A stretch of DNA of 64,000 nucleotides from a virus (IMGVR_UViG_2791355419_000001:1323-65322); one strand, 5' to 3'; counted from the first letter of the stretch, positions 8,865 through 19,304 are shown. Notes: generated by a model from the sequence alone, not told the origin. Program-made: numbers and translations.

Positions 8865-10669
8865 CGTACCACCACGACAACGACGCCTTGACGGTCATGG
8901 ACTGGTTCTGCGGGGCCGGCGGCAGCTCGCAGGGCATGCACTCCATCCCCGGTGTCCGCATGGAGCGGGCGGCGAACCACTGGGAGCGGGCGATCGAGTC
9001 GCACGCCGCGAACTTCCCCACCGTTGACCACTACCGCGGCGACATCCGCGAAGCCCCCGTCGACACCTGGCCCGTCACCGACATCTTCTGGGCCAGCCCC
9101 GAGTGCCCGCAGTGGTCCAACGCCCGCGGCAAGAAGCGTGACTTCGACGCCTCCCTGCAGGGCGACCTCTTCGACGGCTTCGGCCCGTCCGAGGAAGTCG
9201 AACGGTCCCGGGCGCTCATGGAGGAAGTGCCGATGTACCTGCGCGGTGTCCAGGAGCGCGGCGGCCTGGTCAAGGCGGGTGTGGTCGAGAACGTCGTCGA
9301 CGTCCGCGCATGGGACCAGTGGGATCGCTGGATCGGCGAGATCAAGAAGCTCGGGTACGAGACCCGCGTCATCGCCCTGAACAGCATGCATGCCGACCCG
9401 CGCACCGTTCACAAGGCGCCGCAGAGCAGGGACCGCCTGTACGTTGCGTACTGGCACAAGAGCCTCGGCCGCACCCCGGACTGGGACAAGTGGCTCCGGC
9501 CGCGCGCCTGGTGCACCGGCTGTGACACCTGGGTGCAGGCCGTACAACGGTTCAAGCAGCCCGGCCGCGACATGGGCCGCTATCGCCAGCAGTACGTCTA
9601 CCGCTGCCCCAACACCACCTGCCGCAGCCAGATCGTCGAACCCGAGACCCTCCCGGCCGCCGTCGCCATCGACTGGAGCCTGCCGGGGCAGCGCATCGGC
9701 GACCGGACGAAGCCCCTCGCGGACAAGACCGTCGCCCGCATCCAGGCCGGCTTGGACAAGTTCGCCCGCCCGATCACCTTGGAAGCGGCGGGCAACACGT
9801 TCGAGCGCCGCCCCGGCGTCCGCACCTGGCCCGTTGACGCGCCGCTGACGACGCAGACCACGACGGCGACGAAGGCCATGGCCTACGAGCCGTTCATGGT
9901 CCCGGCGGGAGGGACGTGGCGCAATGACCCGTCCAGCGTCCTGGACCCGATGGCGTGCCGCACCACCAGGGAGAACGACGGCCTGGCCATACCGCCCCTC
10001 CTGGTCCCGGTCGAGGGCCGCGACGGAAAGGAGCCCGGCTCGGCGAACAACCCGCTGCGCACGCAGACCGCCCGAAACGAGACTGGACTGGCCTGGCTGC
10101 CGTTCATGGTGACCATGCGCGGCGGCGGCGACCAGCTGCGCGGCCGGTCCATCGGCGAACCCGTCGGCACGGTATCCGCCAACGGCAACCACCACGGCCT
10201 CGTCACCCCGAACCTGCCAGCGTTCGTGATGCGCAACAACGGCAGCGCCGGGAACGGCGGGGAGCACTGCACCACGGCCGCCGAGTACTTCCGCACCATG
10301 ACCACGGCCGGCCACCAGTCGCTCGTCACGTGGGAGCACCTGCTGGTGCCGTACTCCGGGAACGGTACGGCGAAGACGGTCCGGGAGCCCGTGGGCACGC
10401 TCTCCACTCGCGACCGGTACGCCCTGATCCAGGGCGACGTCGACATCAACGACGTCCTCTTCCGGATGTTGGAGCCGCACGAGATCGGCCGGGCCATGTC
10501 CTTCGCCGACGCCTACATCGTCATCGGCAACAAGCGGGAGAAGGTCCGCCAGTACGGCAACGCCGTCACCCCCAACTGCGCCGAAGTCATCGTCTCCGCC
10601 CTCGTCGAAGCCATCACCGGCGAGGACATCGAACGGCACGCCGAGCCGCAGTACGAGGCCGCCGCGTGA
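8861..10669 (+). CDS. DNA cytosine-5 methyltransferase
   Basis: Motif I DWFCGAGGSS, catalytic ASPEC, VENV, QSRDR, RQYGNAVTP. Confidence 0.92.
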   Translation: MTYHHDNDALTVMDWFCGAGGSSQGMHSIPGVRMERAANHWERAIESHAANFPTVDHYRGDIREAPVDTWPVTDIFWASPECPQWSNARGKKRDFDASLQGDLFDGFGPSEEVERSRALMEEVPMYLRGVQERGGLVKAGVVENVVDVRAWDQWDRWIGEIKKLGYETRVIALNSMHADPRTVHKAPQSRDRLYVAYWHKSLGRTPDWDKWLRPRAWCTGCDTWVQAVQRFKQPGRDMGRYRQQYVYRCPNTTCRSQIVEPETLPAAVAIDWSLPGQRIGDRTKPLADKTVARIQAGLDKFARPITLEAAGNTFERRPGVRTWPVDAPLTTQTTTATKAMAYEPFMVPAGGTWRNDPSSVLDPMACRTTRENDGLAIPPLLVPVEGRDGKEPGSANNPLRTQTARNETGLAWLPFMVTMRGGGDQLRGRSIGEPVGTVSANGNHHGLVTPNLPAFVMRNNGSAGNGGEHCTTAAEYFRTMTTAGHQSLVTWEHLLVPYSGNGTAKTVREPVGTLSTRDRYALIQGDVDINDVLFRMLEPHEIGRAMSFADAYIVIGNKREKVRQYGNAVTPNCAEVIVSALVEAITGEDIERHAEPQYEAAA

Positions 10670-10720
10670 CCGCCGCCCACCGGCCGCGCGCCGCACCCTA
10701 ACCCACCCGCACACGACAAA

Positions 10721-10740
10721 GCCCCGCCGAAAGGCGGGGC
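10721..10740 (-). terminator. Intrinsic terminator hairpin
   Basis: GCCCCGCC-GAAA-GGCGGGGC preceded by AAA, between convergent genes. Confidence 0.65.
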
Positions 10741-10767
10741 CCGGAGGAGAAGGAGGAGGACGTGGGA

Positions 10768-10965
10768 TCAGGACTCGGAGTCGTTGAGACGCTCGAGCCG
10801 GCGCAGGGCGGCCTGCTTCTTGCGCCAGGCCTCGACGCGGGCGTGCGCGTGCCGGCGCAGGTCGTCCGCGCGGGACGTCCCCTCCGCTGCGCACAGCTCC
10901 CCGTATTCGCGCCACGTCTCGTCATCGATGCGGACTACGCGGCCAGGGGTTCCCTTCGTCGTCAT
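10768..10965 (-). CDS. Small ribbon-helix-helix-like protein
   Basis: RVVRIDDETWREYGELCAAEGTSRADDLR pattern. Confidence 0.6.
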   Translation of the reverse strand: MTTKGTPGRVVRIDDETWREYGELCAAEGTSRADDLRRHAHARVEAWRKKQAALRRLERLNDSES

Positions 10966-11166
10966 GAGCACAGCGTAGCTGACCGTGCGATGGCTGGTCA
11001 CCCACCTGCTACGGAATGGCTCTCTATTGACCTACTGGTGACCGGTCACCCTGAGGTAGGCTGGCCCTGCACCGAGGGCATCGAATCCGCCCTCGCGAAG
11101 CCTCCATGAGGGCTGTCCCGAAACAGCGACTGACCAGCGAAGACACCCTCCCGAAGGAAGTAACCC

Positions 11167-12126
11167 GTGAGTACTGAGGCCGTCACCTGGGCCATGGACC
11201 ACGCGCCCATGCCACGCACCGAGAAGGGCAAGCCGGACACCACCGCCCGGCACGTCCTCCAGGTGCTCGCTGAGCACGCGAGTCCAACCGGCACCAACGC
11301 GTGCCCCTCGGTGCTCCGCATGCAGTACCGCAGCGGCTACGACCGGACCACCGTCCAGCGCGCCCTGCGCCGGCTCGAGAAGGCCGGACTGATCGTCAAG
11401 GACGGAACCGTCGACGGTCGCACCCGCTACAAGCTCGCGCTCGAGTTGCGCCGTCCGGCGACGGACTGGAGCGATCTCGAGAGGGAGGAGGACGAGTTCC
11501 GGGCCGCAGCCGCCGAGCGGAAGCGCCGGTCTCGCTCCAAGGGTGTCACGCACGCAGAGTCCGTGACGGTCACGGATTCAGAAGGCGTGACTGTCACGGA
11601 CGCAGAGTCCGTGACAGCCGATGTCACGGACGGAACGCCTAGCCGTCACGCACTTAAAGTCCGTCCGTCACGCACGGAACGCCGCCCTAACCACCAACAA
11701 CCGTCAGACAACCAACTACTAAAAGACTCTTCTCCCGCAGCCGCCTCGAACGAGCAGCAGGCCGCAGCCGCCCCGGTCCAGACCAAGAGCGGCAGCGAGA
11801 AGACTGACCACCACCTCAAGGCCTTCGGTGCCTTCTGGAGCAACTACCCGAAGAAGCGCGACCGCGAGGCAGCCAAGAAGGCGTGGATCGCCGCCATCGA
11901 ACGCGGCGTAGAGCCCAAGCACATGGTCGACGCCGCCCAGGCCTACGCCCGCGAGCGCTTCGGCGAAGACCCCAAGTACACGAAGTTCCCGGCCAAGTGG
12001 CTCGACAACGGCTGCTACGACGACGAGCCCGACCCGCAGCCCGGCCCCCAGCTCCGCGCCGTGTCCGGCGGCTATCAGCCGTACCGCAACCCCACAGACC
12101 AATCCGTCTACGACGAGGACTTCTGA
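11167..12126 (+). CDS. Phage replication initiator (N-terminal HTH, lambda O-like architecture)
   Basis: MSTEAVTWA..., PSVLRM..DRTTVQRALRRLE wHTH; C-terminal FWSNYPKK..AKKAW..PAKWL; internal iterons. Confidence 0.85.
   Translation: MSTEAVTWAMDHAPMPRTEKGKPDTTARHVLQVLAEHASPTGTNACPSVLRMQYRSGYDRTTVQRALRRLEKAGLIVKDGTVDGRTRYKLALELRRPATDWSDLEREEDEFRAAAAERKRRSRSKGVTHAESVTVTDSEGVTVTDAESVTADVTDGTPSRHALKVRPSRTERRPNHQQPSDNQLLKDSSPAAASNEQQAAAAPVQTKSGSEKTDHHLKAFGAFWSNYPKKRDREAAKKAWIAAIERGVEPKHMVDAAQAYARERFGEDPKYTKFPAKWLDNGCYDDEPDPQPGPQLRAVSGGYQPYRNPTDQSVYDEDF
11545..11683. repeat. Iteron array, probable phage replication origin
   Basis: GTCACG-N11-CGTGAC at 11545, 11569, 11593 (24-bp period) plus GTCACG half sites at 11623, 11645, 11667. 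Confidence 0.75.
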
Positions 12127-12836
12127 TGCAGTACATCCCGCCCAGCAACCTGCGCGGCCACGACGTCGAACCGCTGCTCGCGAACCGCGGCCTCACCGCC
12201 GACTGGTTCAACACCCACGACTTCGACCCGCACAGCGCCGCCAACGTCGCCCGGCACAGCTACACCGAGGCTGCCGCGAAGATCCCCTTCCACTACCGGA
12301 CCGCCGTGTCGTCGCTTCCGCAGCTGCGGACCTGGATCGACACCCTCGTCGCCGACGCCAAGGCGGTGCAGACCGAGCGGGGGGCGCCGATCGCCTCGGT
12401 CAACACCGGCCCGTCGCTGCTGCTGCTTGGCAGTACAGGCGTCGGAAAGACCCACGAGGCCTACGGGGCAATGAGGGAGCTGGCCGTCACCGGCGTGTCT
12501 GCCCGCTGGGCCGTCACCACGGCCGCTGACCTGTACGCCGCGCTCCGACCCCGCCACGGTGTCGACTCGGAGGCCGAGTTCGCCCGCTACCGAAAGGCCG
12601 CCCTGCTCCTGGTCGACGACCTGGGCGCGGAACGGAAGCCGACCGAGTTCACGGAAGAGGTCAACTTCCGGCTGATCAACTACCGGTACGAGCACCACCT
12701 CCCGACGTTGCTCACCTCCAATGTCGAGCCGAAGGAGCTTGCTGGCCGCCTCGGTGATCGCGTCACCTCTCGGCTCGCCGAGATGTGCGAGCGCGTGGCG
12801 ATGAAGGGCAACGACCGCCGCCGGAGGGCCGCGTGA
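12126..12836 (+). CDS. DnaC/IstB-like ATPase (helicase loader)
   Basis: GSTGVGKT, LLVDDLGAE, LTSN, RVTSRL motifs. Confidence 0.88.
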   Translation: MQYIPPSNLRGHDVEPLLANRGLTADWFNTHDFDPHSAANVARHSYTEAAAKIPFHYRTAVSSLPQLRTWIDTLVADAKAVQTERGAPIASVNTGPSLLLLGSTGVGKTHEAYGAMRELAVTGVSARWAVTTAADLYAALRPRHGVDSEAEFARYRKAALLLVDDLGAERKPTEFTEEVNFRLINYRYEHHLPTLLTSNVEPKELAGRLGDRVTSRLAEMCERVAMKGNDRRRRAA

Positions 12837-14215
12837 CCACCGAGACCGAGATGTGGGCCCCCGACGAGGCCGTCGCCGATGCCGGCCCGCGCCCACCGGA
12901 GCGGCCCCGCGACGTCGAAGCCGAACGCGTCCTCGTCGCCACCGCCATGCAGCAACCCAACGTCGTCGACGAACTCGGCGCCGAAGGCTTCGACCCCGCC
13001 GACATCACCACCGACGCCTACCGGTGGATCTGGTGGGCCGTCGAAGAACTCCGCTCCGACCTCCGCGACGGCGAAATCCGCTGGGTCCCCATCGCCCGCC
13101 AACTCGAAACCTGGCACGCCGACGGCCGCATGCCCACACGCCCCCTCGCCGAATCGCAACTCTCCGAGCTCTACAGCCAAGCCCACCCCGGAGCCGCCGC
13201 CTGGTACGCGGCCCGCGTCACCAAAAAGGCCGTCGCCGCCCGCGTCGTCGCACTCGGCTACGACGCCATCCTCAAAGGCGCCTCGCCGGCCTTCGACGAA
13301 GACGCCGACGTCGCCGCCATCCAGGCCGACCTCGACGGGGCAGTCCGCGCCCCCGACGACGCCAGCCTGGCCGCGATCGGCGACCTCCTCGGCGACAGCC
13401 TCATCCGCGCCGTCACCCCGCCCACCAACGAACAGCGCATCCTCACCGGGTTCATGGACCTCGACAGCCTGTTCTGCGGCGGCTGGGCGCCCGGGCAGCT
13501 CGTCGTCATCGGCGCCCGACCCGCCATGGGCAAGTCCACGCTCGCCGCGGACTTCGCCCGAGGCGCCGCCATCCGCAACAAGATCCCCACCCTGTTCGAG
13601 TCGCTCGAGATGGGCAAAGACGAACTGTCCGACCGGATCCTGTGCGCCGAAGCCCGCATCCCGCACCACCACTTGAAGCAGGGCGTCGTCTCCGACGCCG
13701 ACATGGCCAAAGCCGCCCGCCGCGCCCCCGACATTGCCGCCGCACCCCTGTGGATCAACGACGGGGCGCTGCTGTCCCTGCCGATGCTCCGCGGCCGGAT
13801 CCGCAACCTTGTTCGCACCCAGGGCCTTCGGCTCGTCATCGTCGACTACCTGCAGCTCATGCAAGCACCCAAGGCCGAGTCCCGGCAGCAGGCCGTCGCC
13901 GAGATCTCCCGGAACCTGAAGCTGATCGCCAAGGACTTCCAGATCACCGTGATCGTGCTGTGCCAGCTCAACCGCGGGCCGGAGCAGCGGCAGGAGAAGA
14001 AGCCGATGGTGTCCGACCTCCGCGAGTCGGGGGCGATCGAGCAGGACGCCGACATCGTCATCCTTCTGCACCGCGAAGACGCCTACGACAAGGAATCCCC
14101 ACGAGCGGGCGAAGCCGACCTGATCGTCGGCAAGCACCGTGGGGGCCCCACCGCAACGATCACGTGCGCTTTCCAGGGCCACTTTGCCCGCTTCTGTGAC
14201 ATGGCGGTGGCCTGA
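12833..14215 (+). CDS. dnaB: Replicative DNA helicase DnaB-like
   Basis: GARPAMGKS, SLEM, IVDYLQLM, QLNR, SDLRESGAIEQDAD, KHRGG. Confidence 0.95.
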   Translation: MTTETEMWAPDEAVADAGPRPPERPRDVEAERVLVATAMQQPNVVDELGAEGFDPADITTDAYRWIWWAVEELRSDLRDGEIRWVPIARQLETWHADGRMPTRPLAESQLSELYSQAHPGAAAWYAARVTKKAVAARVVALGYDAILKGASPAFDEDADVAAIQADLDGAVRAPDDASLAAIGDLLGDSLIRAVTPPTNEQRILTGFMDLDSLFCGGWAPGQLVVIGARPAMGKSTLAADFARGAAIRNKIPTLFESLEMGKDELSDRILCAEARIPHHHLKQGVVSDADMAKAARRAPDIAAAPLWINDGALLSLPMLRGRIRNLVRTQGLRLVIVDYLQLMQAPKAESRQQAVAEISRNLKLIAKDFQITVIVLCQLNRGPEQRQEKKPMVSDLRESGAIEQDADIVILLHREDAYDKESPRAGEADLIVGKHRGGPTATITCAFQGHFARFCDMAVA

Positions 14216-14490
14216 TGAACGATCTCAGCGCCGAAGACATCGCCGCCCTCCGAGCCGACGGCGACCTCGAGGGCTACCTCCGCAGCCTCATCGGCCGGCC
14301 CGCCAAGGCAGCCCCCAAGCCCGCCCTGGCCGCGGTCCCCGATCCCGGCTACCGGATCGCCCACGTCGGCGGCTGGCCGTTGGGCACCGCCGCGACCGGC
14401 CCGACTCCGCCGCCTGACGTGTGCACGTGCGCGAAGTGTGGCGGCAACGCGGCCAGCCCGACGCCGCACCGGAACCCGGAGGCCGCCTGA
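14215..14490 (+). CDS. Hypothetical phage protein
   Basis: Coupled ORF. Confidence 0.65.
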   Translation: MNDLSAEDIAALRADGDLEGYLRSLIGRPAKAAPKPALAAVPDPGYRIAHVGGWPLGTAATGPTPPPDVCTCAKCGGNAASPTPHRNPEAA

Positions 14491-14711
14491 TGTCCGCCGA
14501 CCGTCCGAAGTGCCTGGGTCGTTGCGGGCGCCGTCTGACGAACCCCGTCTCGATCGCCCGCGGCTATGGCAAGACCTGTGCCGAACGCCTCGGCATCGAC
14601 ACCAGCCCCCCACCGACAGCCCGCACCCCGACCGCCGCCCCGGTCGCGCTCCACCCCGGCCAGACCGAACTGCCCCTCCAACCCTTCCAACCCACTTTGG
14701 AGAGCCTCTGA
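14490..14711 (+). CDS. DUF6011-like small zinc-binding protein
   Basis: CLGRCGRRLTNPVSIARGYGKTCA motif. Confidence 0.7.
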   Translation: MSADRPKCLGRCGRRLTNPVSIARGYGKTCAERLGIDTSPPPTARTPTAAPVALHPGQTELPLQPFQPTLESL

Positions 14712-15115
14712 TGCCGATCCGACTCCAGCGCAAGCGCACCGCTGGCTGGCGTGCAGCCGACGCCTGCACCAACCCGAACGGCTACGTGTTCGTCGGCCGT
14801 GGCTCCGGCTACGGCAACACCTGGAAGGTCGGCGACACCGCCTGGACCGTGCTGCCCGGCGGGTGGATCGACAAGCGCCCGCACGAGCCGCTCACCCGCG
14901 AGCAGGCCATCGCCTCCTTCCGTAACGCGCGCACCCACGATGTGGAGTTCCTGCGGCAGATCCGCAAGGACCTGGCCGGACGGGACCTCATGTGCTGGTG
15001 CCGACTCGACCAGCCCTGCCACGCCGACTGGCTGCTGGAAGTCGCCAACAGCCCGTTGCCCGTCGAGGCGTTCGTCGACCGCAGCCCGAAGCCCGGCTTC
15101 CTCGCCGCCGCCTAA
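14711..15115 (+). CDS. DUF4326-like protein
   Basis: PIRLQRKRTAGW, VGRGSGYGN, LAGRDLMCWC...CHADWLL. Confidence 0.8.
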   Translation: MPIRLQRKRTAGWRAADACTNPNGYVFVGRGSGYGNTWKVGDTAWTVLPGGWIDKRPHEPLTREQAIASFRNARTHDVEFLRQIRKDLAGRDLMCWCRLDQPCHADWLLEVANSPLPVEAFVDRSPKPGFLAAA

Positions 15116-15189
15116 GCCCCGCCCGGGCGCGCGTTGACCTGCGCCCGCACAACCCCACGAAGCATCCCCGCCAACCAGACAGGACCGAC

Positions 15190-15792
15190 ATGACCCGGCA
15201 GCAGCCACTCACCGACGAACAGCTCAACGCCATCGACGCCCGCTCCAACGCCGCCACCAAGGGGCCGTGGACGGCCTGGGCCGAGACCTACCCGCACCTC
15301 GTGCTCCAAGGGCCCAAGGGCGTGCACCCGTCCGACGCTGAGGGGATCGTCTCGACGAACCTGGCCGTCAACGAGGGCGTCGACGCTGAGTTCATCGCTC
15401 ACGCCCGGGAGGACGTGCCCGCGCTGCTCGACGAAGTCCGCCGCCTCCGCGCCGAGCTGGCCCGCCGCGTGCAGTGCAACGACTGCGGCGCGGTCGGCGA
15501 GATCTTCACTGGCGACGACGGACACGCCTACCTCGACCCGAGCGGCCAGATTGGTCACCGCTCCGCCTCTGCCGTGGGGGGCCAGGCGCTCACGGCGTTC
15601 TTCGCCGCCCAGCAGGACGGGGGCGAGATGGCCGAGAGGCTCACCGGCACCCGACCGTGCGGGCACGACGACTACCACGACCCGCACGAGTGGGCTGAGC
15701 GTCCGGGCGTCTGGTGCCCCGGCCACAGCTGCGACGAGCCCGCCACCGCGTCCGGTCCGCAGGTCGCCGCCAGCGAGGAGACGAACCGATGA
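15190..15792 (+). CDS. Hypothetical phage protein (Ead/Ea22-like motif)
   Basis: AATKGPW...DAEFIAHAREDVPALLDEVRRLR. Confidence 0.7.
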   Translation: MTRQQPLTDEQLNAIDARSNAATKGPWTAWAETYPHLVLQGPKGVHPSDAEGIVSTNLAVNEGVDAEFIAHAREDVPALLDEVRRLRAELARRVQCNDCGAVGEIFTGDDGHAYLDPSGQIGHRSASAVGGQALTAFFAAQQDGGEMAERLTGTRPCGHDDYHDPHEWAERPGVWCPGHSCDEPATASGPQVAASEETNR

Positions 15793-16174
15793 CGGTTGCC
15801 GTGTACCGCCGCCTCTGGTGCGACCACAAGCCCTGCGGGTCGTGGCACGGCCCCGCCGACCTCCCCGGCGAGACAGCCGCCGAGCTCCGCCGGACCGCCC
15901 GTTCCGCTGGCTGGCGCCGGAAGAACGGCAAGGACCTCTGCCCCGACCACGCCGCCGGGGGGACGCGATGACCGCCGCCACACCGTGCCCGTCCTGCCGC
16001 ACCCGCACCAAAGGCCCCGGCAAGTACCTCTGCGGCACATGCTGGTACGCCCTCAACCCCGCCGCCCGCCGCGCCCTGTCCCGCAGCGACTCTCGCGCGT
16101 TCGCCCGCCTGCGGGAGCTGCACGCGCAACTCGACGCAGGGACGCCTCTGCTCGACGTCCGCATCACAGCCTGA
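15789..16174 (+). CDS. Two coupled small Cys-rich ORFs (15789-15971, 15968-16174)
   Basis: ATGA overlaps; CD..C/GW...DLCPDH and CPSC...CGTC motifs. Confidence 0.6.
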
Positions 16175-16203
16175 GCCCGCGCTCACCCCGTGACCAGCAC
16201 CCG

Positions 16204-16226
16204 CTGTCAGTGCCACCCCCTACCGT
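16204..16226 (+). promoter_or_regulatory. RecA-NDp/PafBC-type DNA-damage promoter motif
   Basis: CTGTCAGTG-N8-TACCGT upstream of ORF 16259. Confidence 0.55.
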
Positions 16227-16258
16227 CCCAACACACCACAAACCAGGAAAGAATAACC

Positions 16259-16633
16259 ATGACCAAGCCCCGCTGGAAGTCCCGCATCCGCTGGAACGAC
16301 GGCCGCGCCACCCACGACGGCCGCAACTACCTGCTCTGGTCCCACGGCTACGAAAACGGCTACAGCAGCAGCGGCGAACAGCTCTACTCCCGGCACGACG
16401 CCTGGCACCTGCACGAGGTCCTCAACAACAACCAGCCCGACCCGCGGCCGATGAGCAACGCACTCAGCCGCAACCAGCGGCAGGCGGCGCGGCTGGCGGA
16501 GCTGTGGATCCTCGGCTGGCGGCCGGCGCCCGGCTACCGGTTCGCGGAGTACGGCTACCGGGAGATGTGGCGTGCCCCGGACGAGGCGCTGCACCCGATC
16601 GCGGATGTGCTGTCCGGTGCCATCCCGCACTGA
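16259..16633 (+). CDS. Hypothetical protein
   Basis: AGGA RBS, 124 aa ORF. Confidence 0.7.
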   Translation: MTKPRWKSRIRWNDGRATHDGRNYLLWSHGYENGYSSSGEQLYSRHDAWHLHEVLNNNQPDPRPMSNALSRNQRQAARLAELWILGWRPAPGYRFAEYGYREMWRAPDEALHPIADVLSGAIPH

Positions 16634-16702
16634 CCCGCCCCTGGACCGGCCGCCGCGCTCGAACCGCGGCGGCCGGCGCCCCGACCCTCTCAGGAGCAGA
16701 CC

Positions 16703-17599
16703 ATGACCAACAACCCGCCCCGCCCCGAAGTCGACGACCCCCGCGTCGTCGCCCTCGCCAAAGCCCGCCAGCAGCGCGCCCGGATCGTTGCCGCGATCAA
16801 GACGTCGCCGTTCGAGGAACTCCGCACCGTCGACTATTCGCCGAACGGCCCACTTCAGATCACCATCGAGGTCGAGGCGCTCGCGGACGCGCTGCTGCCT
16901 GTGGTGTCGCCCCCGCCCGCCACACGAGCCGACGACCAGACCGCACTCCGCGACCGCATCGCCGAGTTGGAGCACAGCCTGGCCACTGCCGAGCGCATCC
17001 GTGAGAACGCGGACTTCCACCTCGGGCAGGAGATGGCACGCCGCCAGCTCGCCGAGAAGGAGGCCGCCCGCCTTTCCGCCGACCGGGCCGCCGTCCTCAA
17101 CGCTGCCGCGCAGCACCTGTACACGGCGCTGTTCCCGGCGGTCTACGACGACATGGGCCAGAAGGCTGCGGAGGGCGTCAACCGCGCCGTGTCTGAGCTG
17201 CGCCGTATGGCCGACGAGGCGCAGCCCGAGTGCCCCGCGTCGATCTCCGGCAACTGCCTGCGCGAGTCCCAGTCCGAGACCGCGTGCGACACCGAGGCGG
17301 GCGAGTGCGTACACGGCGGACAGCCCGCCGCCGAGGCGCAGCCCACCACCAAGCCCGAGGACGAGCCCACCGAGTCGGTGATCTACGAAGTCGTCGGCGA
17401 CTGGGGCGTCGACAGCGCAGACAGCGCCGCAGGCGCGCGAGCTGCCGTCACCAAGTGGCTACGGGCGTATCCGAAGTGCGGGGCGTATGCGCAGCAGCGG
17501 ATCGTCCGCGAGTGGCCGGACGGGTCGGAGTTCTACGGCCCGTGGACCGACCTGCCCGTCGAGCCCGCTGCTGGGGCGCGGCACGACGAGGAGGCCTGA
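16703..17599 (+). CDS. Mosaic hypothetical phage protein
   Basis: AGGAG RBS, GC3-rich ORF. Confidence 0.7.
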   Translation: MTNNPPRPEVDDPRVVALAKARQQRARIVAAIKTSPFEELRTVDYSPNGPLQITIEVEALADALLPVVSPPPATRADDQTALRDRIAELEHSLATAERIRENADFHLGQEMARRQLAEKEAARLSADRAAVLNAAAQHLYTALFPAVYDDMGQKAAEGVNRAVSELRRMADEAQPECPASISGNCLRESQSETACDTEAGECVHGGQPAAEAQPTTKPEDEPTESVIYEVVGDWGVDSADSAAGARAAVTKWLRAYPKCGAYAQQRIVREWPDGSEFYGPWTDLPVEPAAGARHDEEA

Positions 17600-17601
17600 C
17601 C

Positions 17602-17958
17602 GTGGCCGACGACTCCACCCCGCTCCGCGACCAGATCCGCGCCACGATCAAAGCGGCTGGCCTCAAGCAGATCTGGATCGCCCAGCAACTCGGCATCAGC
17701 CAGAAGCACCTCAGCCAGATGCTCACCGGCCGCGTCGCGCTCACCCTCGACTGGGCGCAGCGCATCGCAGGCCTGTGTGGCTACAAGGTCACCGTCGTGG
17801 TCGAGCCTGTGGCCGCATGGGAGCGAGAGCGTCAGCGGGCCGAGACGGCTGAGGCGGCGCTGCGGGATGTCCTTGGGGTGGCCGAGGTGATCGAGGCGAA
17901 CGGCATCGGCTGGGCCGCCGACTCGGTACGCCGCGCTGTGAAGGGCGAGATCTCGTGA
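17602..17958 (+). CDS. XRE-family HTH protein
   Basis: GLKQIWIAQQLGISQKHLSQMLTG. Confidence 0.8.
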   Translation: MADDSTPLRDQIRATIKAAGLKQIWIAQQLGISQKHLSQMLTGRVALTLDWAQRIAGLCGYKVTVVVEPVAAWERERQRAETAEAALRDVLGVAEVIEANGIGWAADSVRRAVKGEIS

Positions 17959-18194
17959 TCGGGATGCTCGCGTATCTCGCGCTCGTGGTCGCGATCCCCG
18001 CGCTGCTGTGCGGGCATCAGGGGCAGGACTTCCCGCCCGCACGGTGGCTCCGGGCGGGGAGGGGCCGTGAGCGCGGCTGTGCGCCCGCTGGGGCGCCTCA
18101 GAGCCCATCTCAGGACTCGCGTCCTCGCGCACGCTCCTGGGGCCTCACAGACGCCGTCACGCCCCTCGTGGGCCCGAACCGACAAGGAAGCCGC

Positions 18195-19172
18195 ATGACC
18201 CGCATCGCCATCGAGATCACCGTCGACATCAGCGACCTCGCCACCGAGGACGAAGCCGACGAGATCCGCGCCCGCATCGAAGAAGCCACCGCCGAGTGGA
18301 AACCCACCGTCACCGCCACCACCCGCGAGTACGGGAGCCACGCCTAATGCCCCTCACCCCGGTCACCGTGCACGCCCTCACCTGCGACGCCTGCAACACC
18401 GTGTTCGACGACGAGGAAGGCGGCACCCTCTTCGCCACCCCCGCCGACGCCAACACCGCCGCCCGAGCCTCCGGCTGGACTGTCCTCGGCGACGAGTACC
18501 TGTGCCACATCCGCGACGAGACACACCAGGCGCTCATCGACGAGCACCTGCCGCCCGAGCCCGTCATGCAGGCGCCCGGCCAACTCGCCCTCGACGGCAG
18601 CGAAGAACCCGCCTGACCGTCCCTCGTGCCGGGCCCACACCAGGCCCGGCACCCCACCAGCCACGACCACCGGAGACACACGTGACCGACCAGCCCCGCG
18701 AACGACACACCCGCCGCCACGCCCAGGGATTTCGCCCGACTACCCCGCCTACGGACAACCGCCCTTACCGCCGCGCATCGGAAAGCGGCGGCAGCACCAT
18801 GCGCACCCACACCCTCGACGCCACGCAGACCTGGCGGCAGATCGGCTGGCACGGCCAGACCGGCGCCTTCTACGCCCTCGACGAGAAGCCCTCCAACCAC
18901 GAACCCGGCAGCTGGAGCCCGCTGTGGCTGCTCGTCGACAACGAGCCGCCGATCCTCCCCGACGAAGACGACTCGGAGGCGCAGCGATGACCACGGCCGC
19001 CGACAACCACCCCGACTGCGAACCCGCCTGGACCGACGACTACCAACCCAGCGACCACACCCCCACCCGGTTCGACCTCCGCCAGCACGAGATGCGCGAC
19101 CTCCGCGACCAAGGCCCCGGCCCCGTCGCCCTCTGGACCGCCGACACCCTGCCCACCGGGGAGTACCTGTGA
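18195..19172 (+). CDS. Cluster of small hypothetical ORFs (18195-18347, 18347-18616, ~18682-18990, 18987-19172)
   Basis: RBS and coupled start/stop codons; individual starts uncertain. Confidence 0.5.
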
Positions 19173-19304
19173 CCGGCCGCCCGTCCCTGCCGCACGTGCA
19201 GCCCACCGCCCGCATGTGGACGATCCTGCGCCGCTGCTACGCCAGCCAGAGCCGGCCGCCGTCCTCGGCCGCGCACTCCACACCACCCAGACCCAGGAGT
19301 AGCC

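Noticed and set aside
8795-10915. Long antisense ORFs (also 12680-14182, 48830-51184, 53086-54813)
   Set aside because: Shadow frames of GC3-rich genes; no motifs
11545-11683. CRISPR-like array
   Set aside because: Units are contiguous, in-frame within a gene, with no unique spacers and no cas genes
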